Part shown: positions 11,828 through 22,074 of the stretch, in pieces
Numbering within the stretch: position 1 is the stretch's first letter
Layout: every line of letters starts with the position of its first letter
Assembly (NCBI GenBank): GCA_027459825.1
Contig: DAIDGT010000003.1
Location: 1,277 to 65,276, forward strand
Direction: 5' to 3'
Source of the DNA: a bacterium
GTDB taxonomy: Bacteria > Patescibacteriota > Dojkabacteria > JAKAPS01 > JAJZLI01
DNA: 64,000 nucleotides
Position numbers and translations under genes: made by a program
The notes under the pieces: generated by a model
What the model saw: only the letters and a program-made list of their open reading frames with translations
Databases searched by the model: none
Told to the model about the DNA's origin: nothing

Positions 11828-13428
11828 TATTTTACTTTTCCTGTTTGTTCTTGAATCCTGGAATCTTCAATTTTGGGAAAAAGAATTTGAGGTTCTTCTA
11901 TGTGACCTGTATAAGGAATATACTTATATTCGATAACTTTTACATTTAATGTTTTTTCAAGTTTTTCTATTGCTTTTGGAATAATAGGTTTTAGTAGAAT
12001 GCACAACGCGTATACATACTGCATTAGTGTATACATACTGTCTTTATCTTTACTTTCCCAAATTTTAAATGTATTAAACCGTTGATTTGCTTTGTCTGAT
12101 AGTTTTAATATTTCCTTTATTGTATTTTGGTATTCAAAATGATCTAAATACTTCTCTACATTTTTAAATGTTTGATTGATGTACTCCTTATCCTCTTTGT
12201 CTATTTTTCCTTCTCTAATCTCTCCATTAAAATTGTTTTGTAAGAAAGTTAGTGTTCTGTGTATATAGTTTCCTATGTTGGATGATAATCCACTGTTGTA
12301 TGTTTGCTCAAATTCTTTCCATGTAAAATTAAAGTCCTTATTTTCAGGCATACTATATGTAATATAAAATCTTGAGGCATCTGATCCAAAATTATCTATT
12401 AGGTACTCTGCCTCAAGTAAGTGATTATCACTTTTAGACATTTTCCTTCCCTCTAAAAGTACATATTCATTCCCTATGATGTTTGTAGGAAGGTTAAGTT
12501 CCTTATTGTAGGCAATCAGGATTGCCGGAAGGATTATTGTGTGGAATATAATATTATCTTTTCCCAAAAACATGCAAATATTGGAATTATTGCTCCAGTA
12601 TTTAGTCCAGTCTTTAGTTAACTTTTCTGAAGCAGAAATATATCCTATCAATGCTTCAAACCATACATATATAACTTTATGCTCATATCCTTTTACTGGG
12701 ACAGGAATTCCATATTCTATATCTCTGGTAATTGATCGTCTTTTTAGACCTTCTTTAATAAATCCCATTGAAAGGTCATATACATCTTTTCTAAAAGAAT
12801 TTTTTCTTGTTTCAAGGTAGTCTTTTATTTCTTTTTCTAATTTAGGTAATTCTAAAAAGAAATTTTCAGTTTCTTTGAGTATAGGGGTACTTTTACATAT
12901 TTTACACTTAGGATCTATTACATCTTCAAAAGAATTAAGTTTATTACATTCTTCGCAGCTTTCACCTACCTTTACATTTTCTTTTCCACATCTAGAACAT
13001 TTTCCTGTAACATATCTGTCGGGTATAAATCGTTTTTCATTTTCACAATATGGTTGGGATTCCTTACCGAGTGAAATATATTCCTTTGATAGCAAAGTTA
13101 GAAATATATCTTGCGTCATCTTTTTGTGATTTTCTTCTTCTGTTGTTGAATATAAATCAAAATTTATTTCAAATTTTGAAAGTACTTTTCTCCATATACT
13201 GTCAAAATAATATGCAATCTCAATTGGTTTTTTCCCCATAATTTCTGCAGTTGTTATGGTTGGTACGCCATGCATGTCTGACCCAGATACATATATAGAA
13301 TCTCTACCTTTTAAGTTACAGTATCTTTTATATATATCTGCTGGAAGATACGCACCGGCAATATGTCCAATGTGAGGTGTTCCATTCACATATGGCCATG
13401 CTGACGTAATTAGATATTTTTTTTTCAT
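11827..13428 (-). CDS. metG: Methionine--tRNA ligase (no C-terminal tRNA-binding appendix)
   Basis: PYVNG.PHIGH, zinc-knuckle cysteines, YVWFEAL, KMSKS. Confidence 0.97.
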   Translation of the reverse strand: MKKKYLITSAWPYVNGTPHIGHIAGAYLPADIYKRYCNLKGRDSIYVSGSDMHGVPTITTAEIMGKKPIEIAYYFDSIWRKVLSKFEINFDLYSTTEEENHKKMTQDIFLTLLSKEYISLGKESQPYCENEKRFIPDRYVTGKCSRCGKENVKVGESCEECNKLNSFEDVIDPKCKICKSTPILKETENFFLELPKLEKEIKDYLETRKNSFRKDVYDLSMGFIKEGLKRRSITRDIEYGIPVPVKGYEHKVIYVWFEALIGYISASEKLTKDWTKYWSNNSNICMFLGKDNIIFHTIILPAILIAYNKELNLPTNIIGNEYVLLEGRKMSKSDNHLLEAEYLIDNFGSDASRFYITYSMPENKDFNFTWKEFEQTYNSGLSSNIGNYIHRTLTFLQNNFNGEIREGKIDKEDKEYINQTFKNVEKYLDHFEYQNTIKEILKLSDKANQRFNTFKIWESKDKDSMYTLMQYVYALCILLKPIIPKAIEKLEKTLNVKVIEYKYIPYTGHIEEPQILFPKIEDSRIQEQTGKVK

Positions 13429-13436
13429 TAAAAAGG

Positions 13437-13445
13437 ATTATATCA
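13437..13445 (-). promoter_or_regulatory. Extended -10 promoter (TGaTATAAT) 8 nt before the metG ATG
   Basis: Reverse complement reads tctgatataatcctttttaATG; no SD. Confidence 0.6.
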
Positions 13446-13447
13446 GA

Positions 13448-13990
13448 TTATCTTCTGTATGTTGTAAGTGATCTTCTAGAATATTGACTGTATGGGTGGT
13501 TACAACTAACAGCCACTCTTGTTTGGCCGTCTTGGTCTGCATATACGTATACTTCTGTTCCATCTTTTCTTCTTCCAAAAAAACCATCAGTCATAAATTG
13601 TGGAATGCATACTTCTGGGGTATAGGTTATTACTGTTAATAGTTCTTTAACCTCATCTGGATGTAGTCTTGATATGCTTTGTATTCTCGTTCCTCTTCTT
13701 CCTTTCATCCAATACCCTCTAATTTGGTATGCCTTATCTATTGCATCCTGAGGGGTTCCTGCAACTGTAAAATAGTATGATTCTCTTAAAGATCCTTGAG
13801 TTCTTGGCTTATCAGTAAATCCATATGGTAATCTTAGGGCAAATACCTGTAGTTTTTGGGAGATCTCTTCTATTGCTCTTTCTGTATACTTCTCTCTCGA
13901 GTAATTATCTTCTAGTATATTAGGATTACCCGGGAGAGTTCCCTCTCCATTTCCAAAATTTGGAGTATATATAATATATTCTGCTTCCAT
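13448..13990 (-). CDS. Hypothetical protein
   Basis: ORF with its own consensus promoter; ATG 13990 preferred. Confidence 0.6.
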   Translation of the reverse strand: MEAEYIIYTPNFGNGEGTLPGNPNILEDNYSREKYTERAIEEISQKLQVFALRLPYGFTDKPRTQGSLRESYYFTVAGTPQDAIDKAYQIRGYWMKGRRGTRIQSISRLHPDEVKELLTVITYTPEVCIPQFMTDGFFGRRKDGTEVYVYADQDGQTRVAVSCNHPYSQYSRRSLTTYRR

Positions 13991-14000
13991 ATAACCGTGG

Positions 14001-14029
14001 ATTATATATTGCAATTGTAAATATTGCAA
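14001..14029 (-). promoter_or_regulatory. Sigma70 promoter TTGCAA-17-TATAAT
   Basis: Exact 17-nt spacer, 10 nt before ATG 13990. Confidence 0.65.
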
Positions 14030-14036
14030 TGCTTTC

Positions 14037-14381
14037 TTATATAATTGTTATTATTATAAATAAAATTATTGTTGCTGCGGGTATTGCTATTTCCATTAAT
14101 ATATTCAATCCCCCAAGAGCTTTGAGCATAATTATTACCGATAATGTAACTGCTGGCAGAAAAGCAAAACGTATAGTATTTATAAAAGTATTTTTTATGT
14201 AATTTATAATGATTTTTCCTATAAGGAATAGTATTATAAAAATCTGAGATACTATAATATATACATTTCTTGAAATTACTATACCTTGTTGATTTTTTGT
14301 AGGTAGTATAAATTGTGTTGTGACAATAAATATTAGTATAAATATGAATATTGTTATAAATAGGGGCTTATTGGCTTTCAT
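14037..14381 (-). CDS. Small 4-TM membrane protein
   Basis: Four hydrophobic segments; 4-nt overlap with the RimK-family gene. Confidence 0.65.
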   Translation of the reverse strand: MKANKPLFITIFIFILIFIVTTQFILPTKNQQGIVISRNVYIIVSQIFIILFLIGKIIINYIKNTFINTIRFAFLPAVTLSVIIMLKALGGLNILMEIAIPAATIILFIIITII

Positions 14382-15205
14382 ATTCCTAAGCAGTAATTTA
14401 CAATTTCTTTTGCAATATTAACACCAGTTGCTTTTGATATTCCTCCTAGTCCTGGAGATCTATTTACTTCTAGTATGTAATACTTGTCTTTTGATACTAA
14501 AATATCAACTCCTGCAATAATTGACTTTGTAGCTTTGCCTGCTTTCAAAGATAGTGTTTTTATATCTTCATTTATGTCAAATTTTGCTACGGTTGCTCCC
14601 ATATGATAATTTGCTCTAAATTCTCCATTTTTGGGAATTCTTTCCATGGCAAATAGCTTATTATCTCCTATTTTAAATATTCTCAAGTCATGATCGTACT
14701 TAATATACTCTTGTATAATATATTTTTTTGACTCTTCTTTAGAGAAAAATTTATGCATTTCATTTTGATTTTTTATTAAAAATACTCCCTTTCCTTGTGT
14801 AGAATTTATTCTTTTTATAATGATAGGATACTCTATTTTTGAATCATATGGATTTTGGTATGTTTTAGGAAAGGGTAGTTTTGCTGCCTTAATTTTATAT
14901 GAGTCATATATCTTGTTTATGGCATATCTTACTTCAAGTAGATTATTATCAAAATATCTTACATTATTATCTTTTAGGTATTGAGATATTGTAACTGCCT
15001 TTTTTACATCTGCTGCAATTGATGCAAATAATATATAGTCAAATGACGCTATGTCTTTATTTTTGAAAATAAAAATTCCATCGTGTAGATATGTCTCCTG
15101 AAGGTATATTATTGATGGATTGTGTTTTAGATCCCTAAACTCTCTTAAAAACATTTGGTTCGTTCCTTCATTTTCTGTGAAATTTGATAGTATCCCTATT
15201 TTCAT
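14378..15205 (-). CDS. RimK-family ATP-grasp ligase
   Basis: YPIIIK, GKGV, IQEYI, DLR, FRANYHMG, GVDIL, LEVNRSPG. Confidence 0.9.
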   Translation of the reverse strand: MKIGILSNFTENEGTNQMFLREFRDLKHNPSIIYLQETYLHDGIFIFKNKDIASFDYILFASIAADVKKAVTISQYLKDNNVRYFDNNLLEVRYAINKIYDSYKIKAAKLPFPKTYQNPYDSKIEYPIIIKRINSTQGKGVFLIKNQNEMHKFFSKEESKKYIIQEYIKYDHDLRIFKIGDNKLFAMERIPKNGEFRANYHMGATVAKFDINEDIKTLSLKAGKATKSIIAGVDILVSKDKYYILEVNRSPGLGGISKATGVNIAKEIVNYCLGI

Positions 15206-16575
15206 TTTGTTATGTCTACTAAAAAATATTTTAAATCTCTCCTTCCTATTATTATTGGATATTTTAGATTTGATCTTTCTGATATTGTTGCATTAGATAC
15301 TATATCTACACCTTCCAATTTAAATTCAATATTAACAATTGGTCTGATTGATGTCCCGTTCGATGAAGATACTACAACTGTATCTATTCTTGATTTATCT
15401 TGAATTGATTTGTGTATTTCGTGAATATTAGTAATGTTTAAATTATCCGGAATATTTAAATTTTTAAAATGATCTATAACCTCCTGATATCCTAGTTCTA
15501 CAGCTAAATCTTGAGATATTGATGTTCTATATGCCCCTGTATCAATTTTACACTCATACTCTTTATCATCCACAGACACAATAGATGTTCTTCCTATTAT
15601 TTTTTTCCCGGATATCTCTTGTATTTCTTCTTCTACTTCTCCTCCAAAAATTTCTTTTGCAACTCTAATTGCAGATTCTGTATTTTTTATATGTAATTTT
15701 GATACAGCTTCTAATCTTTCTTTAATACCAGAATTGTTTGCACTTTGTATTGCAAGTCCAGGTCTTGAATTTAGTTCTATTACAACAGGCCCCCTTTCTC
15801 TGTCAATGGCAATGTCAACACCAAGAAAGTTTATTTTTGATGCAGTCTCAGATGATATTGCCATGTCAAGAATTTTATTCCATTCTGGTATTTTAAATCC
15901 AGAGAGTAATGTTTTTGAATCTGGGTGATATTCTATATATACATTTTGCATTATGGCTTTTGTTGTTATCCCACTGGCAATATCTATACCCACTCCTATT
16001 CCTCCCATATGCAAGTTAGCTTTACCTTTTGACTCAATAGTAGGGAGTCTTAATTCTGCCATGATAGGTATTTTTTTGTAGACTATTATCCTTATATCAG
16101 GCATGCCCTGTTTAGAAAATACTTTAAATACAGGATGTATCTTAATCCTTTCTTCAAATATTGCAATATCTGGTGTATTTTCTATGGAAAAGTTACCATC
16201 TAATATGTCTATTATGTGAGTTTTTAATCTTGATAATGTTAAGTATTCTTTGTTAGGCATTACCCAAATATCTTCATCTTCTAGTTTCTTTTTCTTTTTT
16301 TTGCCATATATAATTAATATCCCGTTTCCTCCTGTTCCTTTATTAGGTTTTAGTACAAAGCTATCAGGTATTTTTGTAAAATCGAAACTTTCTGCTTCTA
16401 TTTTATTTTTTATTACAAATATAGTATTTGGTGTTGGAAGCATGTTTTCCTTTAGGATTTTTTTGCTTTTTAATTTTGAATTTGTTACTCTTGGACCCTT
16501 TCTATCTATGTACAAGAGATTTCTTGCATTCATACCAAGTATTGTATCTGATGCATTGATGTATTTATCTAACAT
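15202..16575 (-). CDS. Alpha-L-glutamate-ligase-like ATP-grasp fused to a retropepsin-like (RimB-type) aspartic protease domain
   Basis: ILGMNARN, KANLHMGGIGVGID, ELNSRPGLAIQ; C-terminal KIDTGAYRTS and YPIIIGRRDL. Confidence 0.85.
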   Translation of the reverse strand: MLDKYINASDTILGMNARNLLYIDRKGPRVTNSKLKSKKILKENMLPTPNTIFVIKNKIEAESFDFTKIPDSFVLKPNKGTGGNGILIIYGKKKKKKLEDEDIWVMPNKEYLTLSRLKTHIIDILDGNFSIENTPDIAIFEERIKIHPVFKVFSKQGMPDIRIIVYKKIPIMAELRLPTIESKGKANLHMGGIGVGIDIASGITTKAIMQNVYIEYHPDSKTLLSGFKIPEWNKILDMAISSETASKINFLGVDIAIDRERGPVVIELNSRPGLAIQSANNSGIKERLEAVSKLHIKNTESAIRVAKEIFGGEVEEEIQEISGKKIIGRTSIVSVDDKEYECKIDTGAYRTSISQDLAVELGYQEVIDHFKNLNIPDNLNITNIHEIHKSIQDKSRIDTVVVSSSNGTSIRPIVNIEFKLEGVDIVSNATISERSNLKYPIIIGRRDLKYFLVDITK

Positions 16576-16577
16576 TG

Positions 16578-17225
16578 TTATGATGCCTTCTCTTTTATGA
16601 TGTTTCGAAATCTGTAGTATTCAATAATGCGTAGTGTTGTTATTCTACCCATGAGAATATCAAGTATGATTATTACTAAAGATATGATTGGATAAGAAAG
16701 TATAAGTTCCTTTATAAATGGAATTGATATAATTCCATATGATATTAGGGATATTAAAATCGTTTGAATGTATACTGAGTTTCCATACTCACCACCTTTT
16801 TTGATTTTTGTTGATGATAGTATTTCTGCAATTATTACAAATAATACAATTGCATATATTGATATCTTTTGTGGCATTGGTACCCCGAGTCTTGTGAAAA
16901 AATATATTGAGATTAGTGTTCCTAATGATACTAGAGAAAGAGATATTGCAACTTTTGCATTATGATGCAAGTTTAAAACTTGTATAAGAAATTGAGCAAT
17001 TATATCTGCAAGAAGTATATATACAGCAATAAGTATTCCGTAAAGTAGTCCTGTTGATATAAAGGCAACGGAAGTAAGAGCTGTTGTATAAATATTAAAT
17101 GATTTTAACCCTATAATTTGTTTTGCCATAACAGCTATTGCTGCTATTATTGGAATCGCTAGTAGAATATATACTCCTTCTGTGCCTAATCCTGTATTTG
17201 ATAAAAGTGTGACAATATTAGTCAT
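16578..17225 (-). CDS. 7TM-domain protein of the type linked to ATP-grasp ligases
   Basis: About 7 TMs, QIIGLKSFNIY, C-terminal LRIIEYYRFR; sits next to the ATP-grasp gene. Confidence 0.8.
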   Translation of the reverse strand: MTNIVTLLSNTGLGTEGVYILLAIPIIAAIAVMAKQIIGLKSFNIYTTALTSVAFISTGLLYGILIAVYILLADIIAQFLIQVLNLHHNAKVAISLSLVSLGTLISIYFFTRLGVPMPQKISIYAIVLFVIIAEILSSTKIKKGGEYGNSVYIQTILISLISYGIISIPFIKELILSYPIISLVIIILDILMGRITTLRIIEYYRFRNIIKEKAS

Positions 17226-17226
17226 T

Positions 17227-18336
17227 TTATAAGTAATCTCTAAGTAATTTTTCTACATCTTTGTTTTTTAACTTTCTTAAGGCTTTAGATTCTATTTGTC
17301 TTATCCTTTCTCTTGTAACTTTAAATTCTCTGCCTACTTCCTCAAGTGTTCTTGCAACTCCATCTTGGAGACCAAACCTTAATTCAATGACTTTTCTTTC
17401 TCTATCAGATAAACTTGACAATACATCCTGTATTTGACTCTTTAAAAATTCCATGTTTGCAACTTCTGTTGGCTTTGGTGTTTCTTCATCAGAGATGAAA
17501 TCTGCAATAGTATTTGAGTTATCATCACCCACAGGAGTCGATAGTGATGTAGGATATTGAGATATTTTAATAATTTCTTGGACTTGATCTATGCTTTTAT
17601 TCATTGCTTTTGCAATTTCTTCAGGTGTTGGTGTTCTTTGGAGTTTAATTGCAAGCTCACTTCTTTTCCTTTGGAGTTGGGAAATTGTCTCAATCATGTG
17701 TACAGGTATTCTTATTGTTCTTGCCTGGTCTGCAATTGCTCTTGTAATTGCTTGTCTAATCCACCATGTTGCATAAGTAGAGAATTTATAACCTCTTTTG
17801 TAGTCAAATTTATCAACTGCTCTCATAAGTCCCAAATTTCCTTCCTGTATTAAATCCAAAAGATCAAGACTTCCTTTCTTTGACCATTTTTTTGCTATGG
17901 ATACGACCAGCCTTAGATTTGCAGTTGTTAGATATGCTTTTGCCTCCTCATCATGTTTTTTAATTCTTTTTGCAAGGATTATTTCTTCATTTCCTGTAAG
18001 AAGAGGTATTCTTCCAATTTCTTGCAGATATGCTCTTATTGGGTCAGCATCAATATTTGCCTGTATACTTTTCAGTATTTTAATTTTTTGATCTAAAGTT
18101 AACTCTTCTTTCTTTTCCTTTTTCTTGTCATCTACAACGTCTTCTTCCTGAGATATAATTTCTATGTTTTCCTTATCAAGTAATATATATAATTGATCAA
18201 TAAGTTCAACATTGTCTTCTATAAATGGAATATTCTCTAAAACAGTTTCCTCCTCAAGGAAACCTTTGATTCTTGCTATTTTAAGTAACCGGTTTAGAAT
18301 TTCTTCCTTATGGTTGGAAAAACTGAAATTTTTCAT
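17227..18336 (-). CDS. rpoD: Primary RNA polymerase sigma factor
   Basis: [42 protein letters not shown]. Confidence 0.97.
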   Translation of the reverse strand: MKNFSFSNHKEEILNRLLKIARIKGFLEEETVLENIPFIEDNVELIDQLYILLDKENIEIISQEEDVVDDKKKEKKEELTLDQKIKILKSIQANIDADPIRAYLQEIGRIPLLTGNEEIILAKRIKKHDEEAKAYLTTANLRLVVSIAKKWSKKGSLDLLDLIQEGNLGLMRAVDKFDYKRGYKFSTYATWWIRQAITRAIADQARTIRIPVHMIETISQLQRKRSELAIKLQRTPTPEEIAKAMNKSIDQVQEIIKISQYPTSLSTPVGDDNSNTIADFISDEETPKPTEVANMEFLKSQIQDVLSSLSDRERKVIELRFGLQDGVARTLEEVGREFKVTRERIRQIESKALRKLKNKDVEKLLRDYL

Positions 18337-18405
18337 ATATTTAGTGTATAAATTATATCATACATTTGCAAAATAGACCTATTTTTAAGATAATATAGGG
18401 ACTGT

Positions 18406-19287
18406 ATGAATATATTACAAGAAGCTCTGAACAGTGTTAGTGAATCAATCTCTATTACAATAAGAAGCTCTACATTAGTGTTTTTAGGGTTTGTTTCTGT
18501 ATTCTTTACTGCTATATTTGAAATTTATCAATTCTTTCCATTTATAAATGTAAATTTAAATGCATTTACTCCAAGTTCTCTTTCTAACATAGCTCATAAT
18601 ACCCTTATCTCTTTGTTATCTTCCCCTTTATGGTTTCCTGTTTTAATACTTGTTCTACTTTTAGCATACCTATTCTTTTCTATATATTTGTCCTCTGTGT
18701 CATATACTGCCCTTATGAGGACATTACTGATAAGAGAGAATTGGGGTAGAATTCCTTCACTTCATGACGCTTGGAATATGGGGAGAGAAAAGTGGGTTAG
18801 ATATGTTGCGTTCCAAACAGTTGCTGTTATATTCATAATTATTTTTTCATCTTTATGCTACATGTTTTTTATAGCCACTTCTTCTTTAGGTATCATTGCC
18901 ATTATTTTTGACTCTATTGTTGTTATATTCATATCTTTTTTCTTGGTATCGTGGAATTATTTTGCTATTAGAAAATTTATAAATGAAAATGTAGATTTAT
19001 TTAGTGCTATAAAAACAACATTTTTGAGGGTTTATCATGAATTTCCTAAATTTATATTGATATCTCTTGTTTATATAATCTACTTGGTGATTTTTGTATC
19101 TATAGCCTCCTATGTAGAGTCAATGATGAGATCAGTTGTATTCAGTTTTTATTCCGGAGCATTTATTGTTTCTATTCCTTTAATACTATTTGCTATATTC
19201 ATGTTCTTTTTTATTGTATCTTTCATTACAGTGTTTACTTCTGCTTTTTGGACACATATATATATACGTGAGGAATCTATTCTTTAG
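18406..19287 (+). CDS. Polytopic membrane protein
   Basis: About 6 TM helices. Confidence 0.7.
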   Translation: MNILQEALNSVSESISITIRSSTLVFLGFVSVFFTAIFEIYQFFPFINVNLNAFTPSSLSNIAHNTLISLLSSPLWFPVLILVLLLAYLFFSIYLSSVSYTALMRTLLIRENWGRIPSLHDAWNMGREKWVRYVAFQTVAVIFIIIFSSLCYMFFIATSSLGIIAIIFDSIVVIFISFFLVSWNYFAIRKFINENVDLFSAIKTTFLRVYHEFPKFILISLVYIIYLVIFVSIASYVESMMRSVVFSFYSGAFIVSIPLILFAIFMFFFIVSFITVFTSAFWTHIYIREESIL

Positions 19288-20095
19288 AAGATCTTTCGTA
19301 TTCAAACATATAAAGTTGTGCCCATCCTGCGTAATTTTCAAACTTTTCATTTAATTTATTTAATATTTCTTTTCTTTTTATCTCTGGATACTCTCTTTTT
19401 ATGTATTTTGTAATCCATGTATCTATAGGAAAGGCTTCATTGAAATTCATCGAATATAACATGGTACACGCTGCCACCTTTTCTCCAACACCCGGTAATT
19501 GTTTCAGTTTATCCATTGCTTCGTTATACTTCATATCTTTTATTTTTTTTAAATCCCAATTGTGTTTTTTTATAATTTGTGCGCTTTTTTTAATATATTC
19601 TGATCTAAACCCTAACTTCGCATCTTTGAGATTTTTGTTTGTTGCTGAGAGAATATTTGATAGGGTTGGGAATGTGTATACTCCATTTATAATTTCATTT
19701 CCTAGACTCTGAGATAGTAGCTTTGTCGACATTTTTATTTTTTTTATAGAATTAAAGCTAGATATTATATATGAAAATAAACATTCGTGTTCATCTTGGT
19801 TTAAAATTCTCATTCCATAAAATTTTGATATAGCTTCCTCCATTAGTTTATCTTTCGATATCTTTTTAATAATATCTTTATAGTCTATATCAATGTTAAA
19901 ATATTTAATAATTATTTTCTCATTTATCTTTGGTTTGCTTTCTATTATTAATATATTCCTATCTTGTCTTATTTTTATATAATGGGTGTTTATAACTCCT
20001 TCAAATTCATTCTGATCTATTCTCTCCCATCTGAATGATTGCCCTGAGAGTAGGGTATCTTTCAAACTGAAGTCTTGTATGGGTATCTTTAACAT
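19277..20095 (-). CDS. 8-oxoguanine DNA glycosylase (OGG1-like)
   Basis: TLLSGQSFRW, HhH LPGVGEKVA, FPIDTW, AGWAQLYMF. Confidence 0.9.
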   Translation of the reverse strand: MLKIPIQDFSLKDTLLSGQSFRWERIDQNEFEGVINTHYIKIRQDRNILIIESKPKINEKIIIKYFNIDIDYKDIIKKISKDKLMEEAISKFYGMRILNQDEHECLFSYIISSFNSIKKIKMSTKLLSQSLGNEIINGVYTFPTLSNILSATNKNLKDAKLGFRSEYIKKSAQIIKKHNWDLKKIKDMKYNEAMDKLKQLPGVGEKVAACTMLYSMNFNEAFPIDTWITKYIKREYPEIKRKEILNKLNEKFENYAGWAQLYMFEYERSSKE

Positions 20096-20155
20096 TATAA
20101 ATATATCTATTGAAATTATAATTTCCAATAAAGTATACTAAAAGGTAACTCTTTT

Positions 20156-20938
20156 ATGAAGAAGGCTGATTTACACATACACTCTAATATTTCTGATGGT
20201 TTATCATCTCCTGAGCAAATTGTAGACTATGTAGTTAAAAATAAGCTTGCTGATAAAATATACATAACTGATCACAATGAAATTGATGGAGCATTTACTG
20301 CTTTAGGTTATAATTCTTCTCGAGGATATAATCTTGAAGTCGGTATTGGATCAGAAATTAGTACTAAATCTTGCCATATATTGGGTCTTGATTTAAAAAA
20401 GAAAGTGAAAAAATATATGTCTGCTAAAGATACAATGTATGAAATTCTTTCTCAGGGTGGATTTCCTGTTATTGCTCATCCTTTTAACCCTTTTAATATT
20501 AAAGGAAATCATGCTGGAGGAATGGCTGTGATAGAAGAGGCTTTATCCTCTGGTTATCCTTTTGCATTGGAAGTAAATGGATCCTTGAATTATTTTACTG
20601 CCTTGTATCACAAGGGTAGAATTTTTTCCAAGGTGACATGTCTTGCTACCTATAACAAAATAGTTGTGGATGTTGTTGAGAAACTTAACCTTTCTATTGT
20701 TGGATCTTCTGATGCACACACTAAATCTGCTATATGTTCAGCTTATACTTCGTATGATCATGATCTTATTTCTGATATCAGGAAAAAGAAAACAAATTAC
20801 GGGTTACACTCAAAAAGTATTTCTACTGCCATTCCGTATCTTATGTACCATCTTCTTTTTGATATATTTCCAATGAAATATAAAAGGTTTCTAATTAGTA
20901 AATTTACAAATTTATCCAAGAATTATTTTCAAAAATAG
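20156..20938 (+). CDS. PHP-domain metallophosphoesterase
   Basis: DLHIHS..SDG, ITDHN, AHPF, GSSDAH. Confidence 0.9.
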   Translation: MKKADLHIHSNISDGLSSPEQIVDYVVKNKLADKIYITDHNEIDGAFTALGYNSSRGYNLEVGIGSEISTKSCHILGLDLKKKVKKYMSAKDTMYEILSQGGFPVIAHPFNPFNIKGNHAGGMAVIEEALSSGYPFALEVNGSLNYFTALYHKGRIFSKVTCLATYNKIVVDVVEKLNLSIVGSSDAHTKSAICSAYTSYDHDLISDIRKKKTNYGLHSKSISTAIPYLMYHLLFDIFPMKYKRFLISKFTNLSKNYFQK

Positions 20939-20956
20939 TTTATAATCATAAAAATT

Positions 20957-21442
20957 ATGTTTAAAAACCCCAGTGTTAAGTATCTTTTGAGTAAGATTGG
21001 TAAATATTTTTCAGTTGGAATTTTAGGGCTTATTATTGATAATGGTGTTTTGTTGTTACTAATAAATATTTTTAATATATCACCTCGAGTATCAACATTA
21101 ATTGCCGCTGAATGTGGTAATTTAAATAATTTCTTTATAAATGATAAATGGACATTTAAAGAGCCTAAAGACAATTCAAATTTTTGGTCCAGAATATTAA
21201 AATACCATGCAGCTATTTCTCTCGGTTATATAATATCAAGAATATTGGTATTTCCTGTTATATACTCTTTGATTTCTTATCATTTTGGACATAATCTTTC
21301 TGCACTTATATCTAATAATATCTCTATAGCAACAAGTTTTGTGTTTAATTTCTTAATTAATGCTCTTTGGACATGGAGAAAAAACAAGGGAGGAGTTGTT
21401 AAAGAGGTTGAAGAAATTATAGAGGAAACAGAATTAAGATAA
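20957..21442 (+). CDS. GtrA-family membrane protein
   Basis: NFFINDKWTF and NFLINALWTW motifs. Confidence 0.85.
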   Translation: MFKNPSVKYLLSKIGKYFSVGILGLIIDNGVLLLLINIFNISPRVSTLIAAECGNLNNFFINDKWTFKEPKDNSNFWSRILKYHAAISLGYIISRILVFPVIYSLISYHFGHNLSALISNNISIATSFVFNFLINALWTWRKNKGGVVKEVEEIIEETELR

Positions 21443-21467
21443 TCTTTTCAAAATGTATAATATACGT

Positions 21468-21497
21468 AAAAAGGGTACATTTTCATGTACCCTTTTT
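21468..21497. terminator. Bidirectional intrinsic terminator
   Basis: Perfect inverted repeat AAAAAGGGTACAT-TTTC-ATGTACCCTTTTT between convergent genes. Confidence 0.85.
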
Positions 21498-21514
21498 ATT
21501 TTTAAAGAAAGTTT

Positions 21515-21790
21515 TTATGCTTTCTTGTTCATTTCTGCATAACATTCTCTGCAATATACTTGATCACTTTTAGGTTTAAAAGGAACAGTAGATGCCTTAC
21601 CACATTTTGCGCAAATAATGTCAAAAGATTTTCCGAATCCGCTATCTTTTTGAGCTCTTCGTTTTTCTCTACACTCTTTACATCTTAATGGTTGAGAATA
21701 TCCTTTTTCTGCAAAAAATTCTTGGTCTTTAGCTGAAAAAGTAAATTCTCTTCCGCAGTCTTGACACTTAAGAACTTTGTCTTCAAACAT
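21515..21790 (-). CDS. Zinc-ribbon plus CxxC-x17-CxxC domain protein
   Basis: CQDCG.EFTFS..DQEFF.EKG...P.RCKEC, then CAKCG...VPFKP...VYCREC. Confidence 0.9.
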   Translation of the reverse strand: MFEDKVLKCQDCGREFTFSAKDQEFFAEKGYSQPLRCKECREKRRAQKDSGFGKSFDIICAKCGKASTVPFKPKSDQVYCRECYAEMNKKA

Positions 21791-21920
21791 TTAAAAAGTC
21801 ACCTCCAATACTTTAACACTTGTTCTGGAAGTAGAACTTTGAGGAGAACCACATTATTACAACTACCAGTTGATAAAATTAAACAATAACATTATATATC
21901 TTTGGGTGTCATATTGTCAA
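21791..21920 (-). promoter_or_regulatory. TTGACA-18-TATAAT promoter, about 95-nt leader and strong SD GGAGGTGA
   Basis: -35 at 21915-21920, -10 at 21891-21896, SD at 21799-21806. Confidence 0.7.
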
Positions 21921-22074
21921 TTGTCTTTGTTGATATGCAAAAAATGGAATGTTTTATACTCACAATAAGTATGCCTAGTCCAGAAAAATATACTTCTGAA
22001 TATAGTTTTTCTATTAAAATTATTAGAGATTATTGTGTTAAAAGGAATTCTATTTTACCTATATTTAACCGTTG

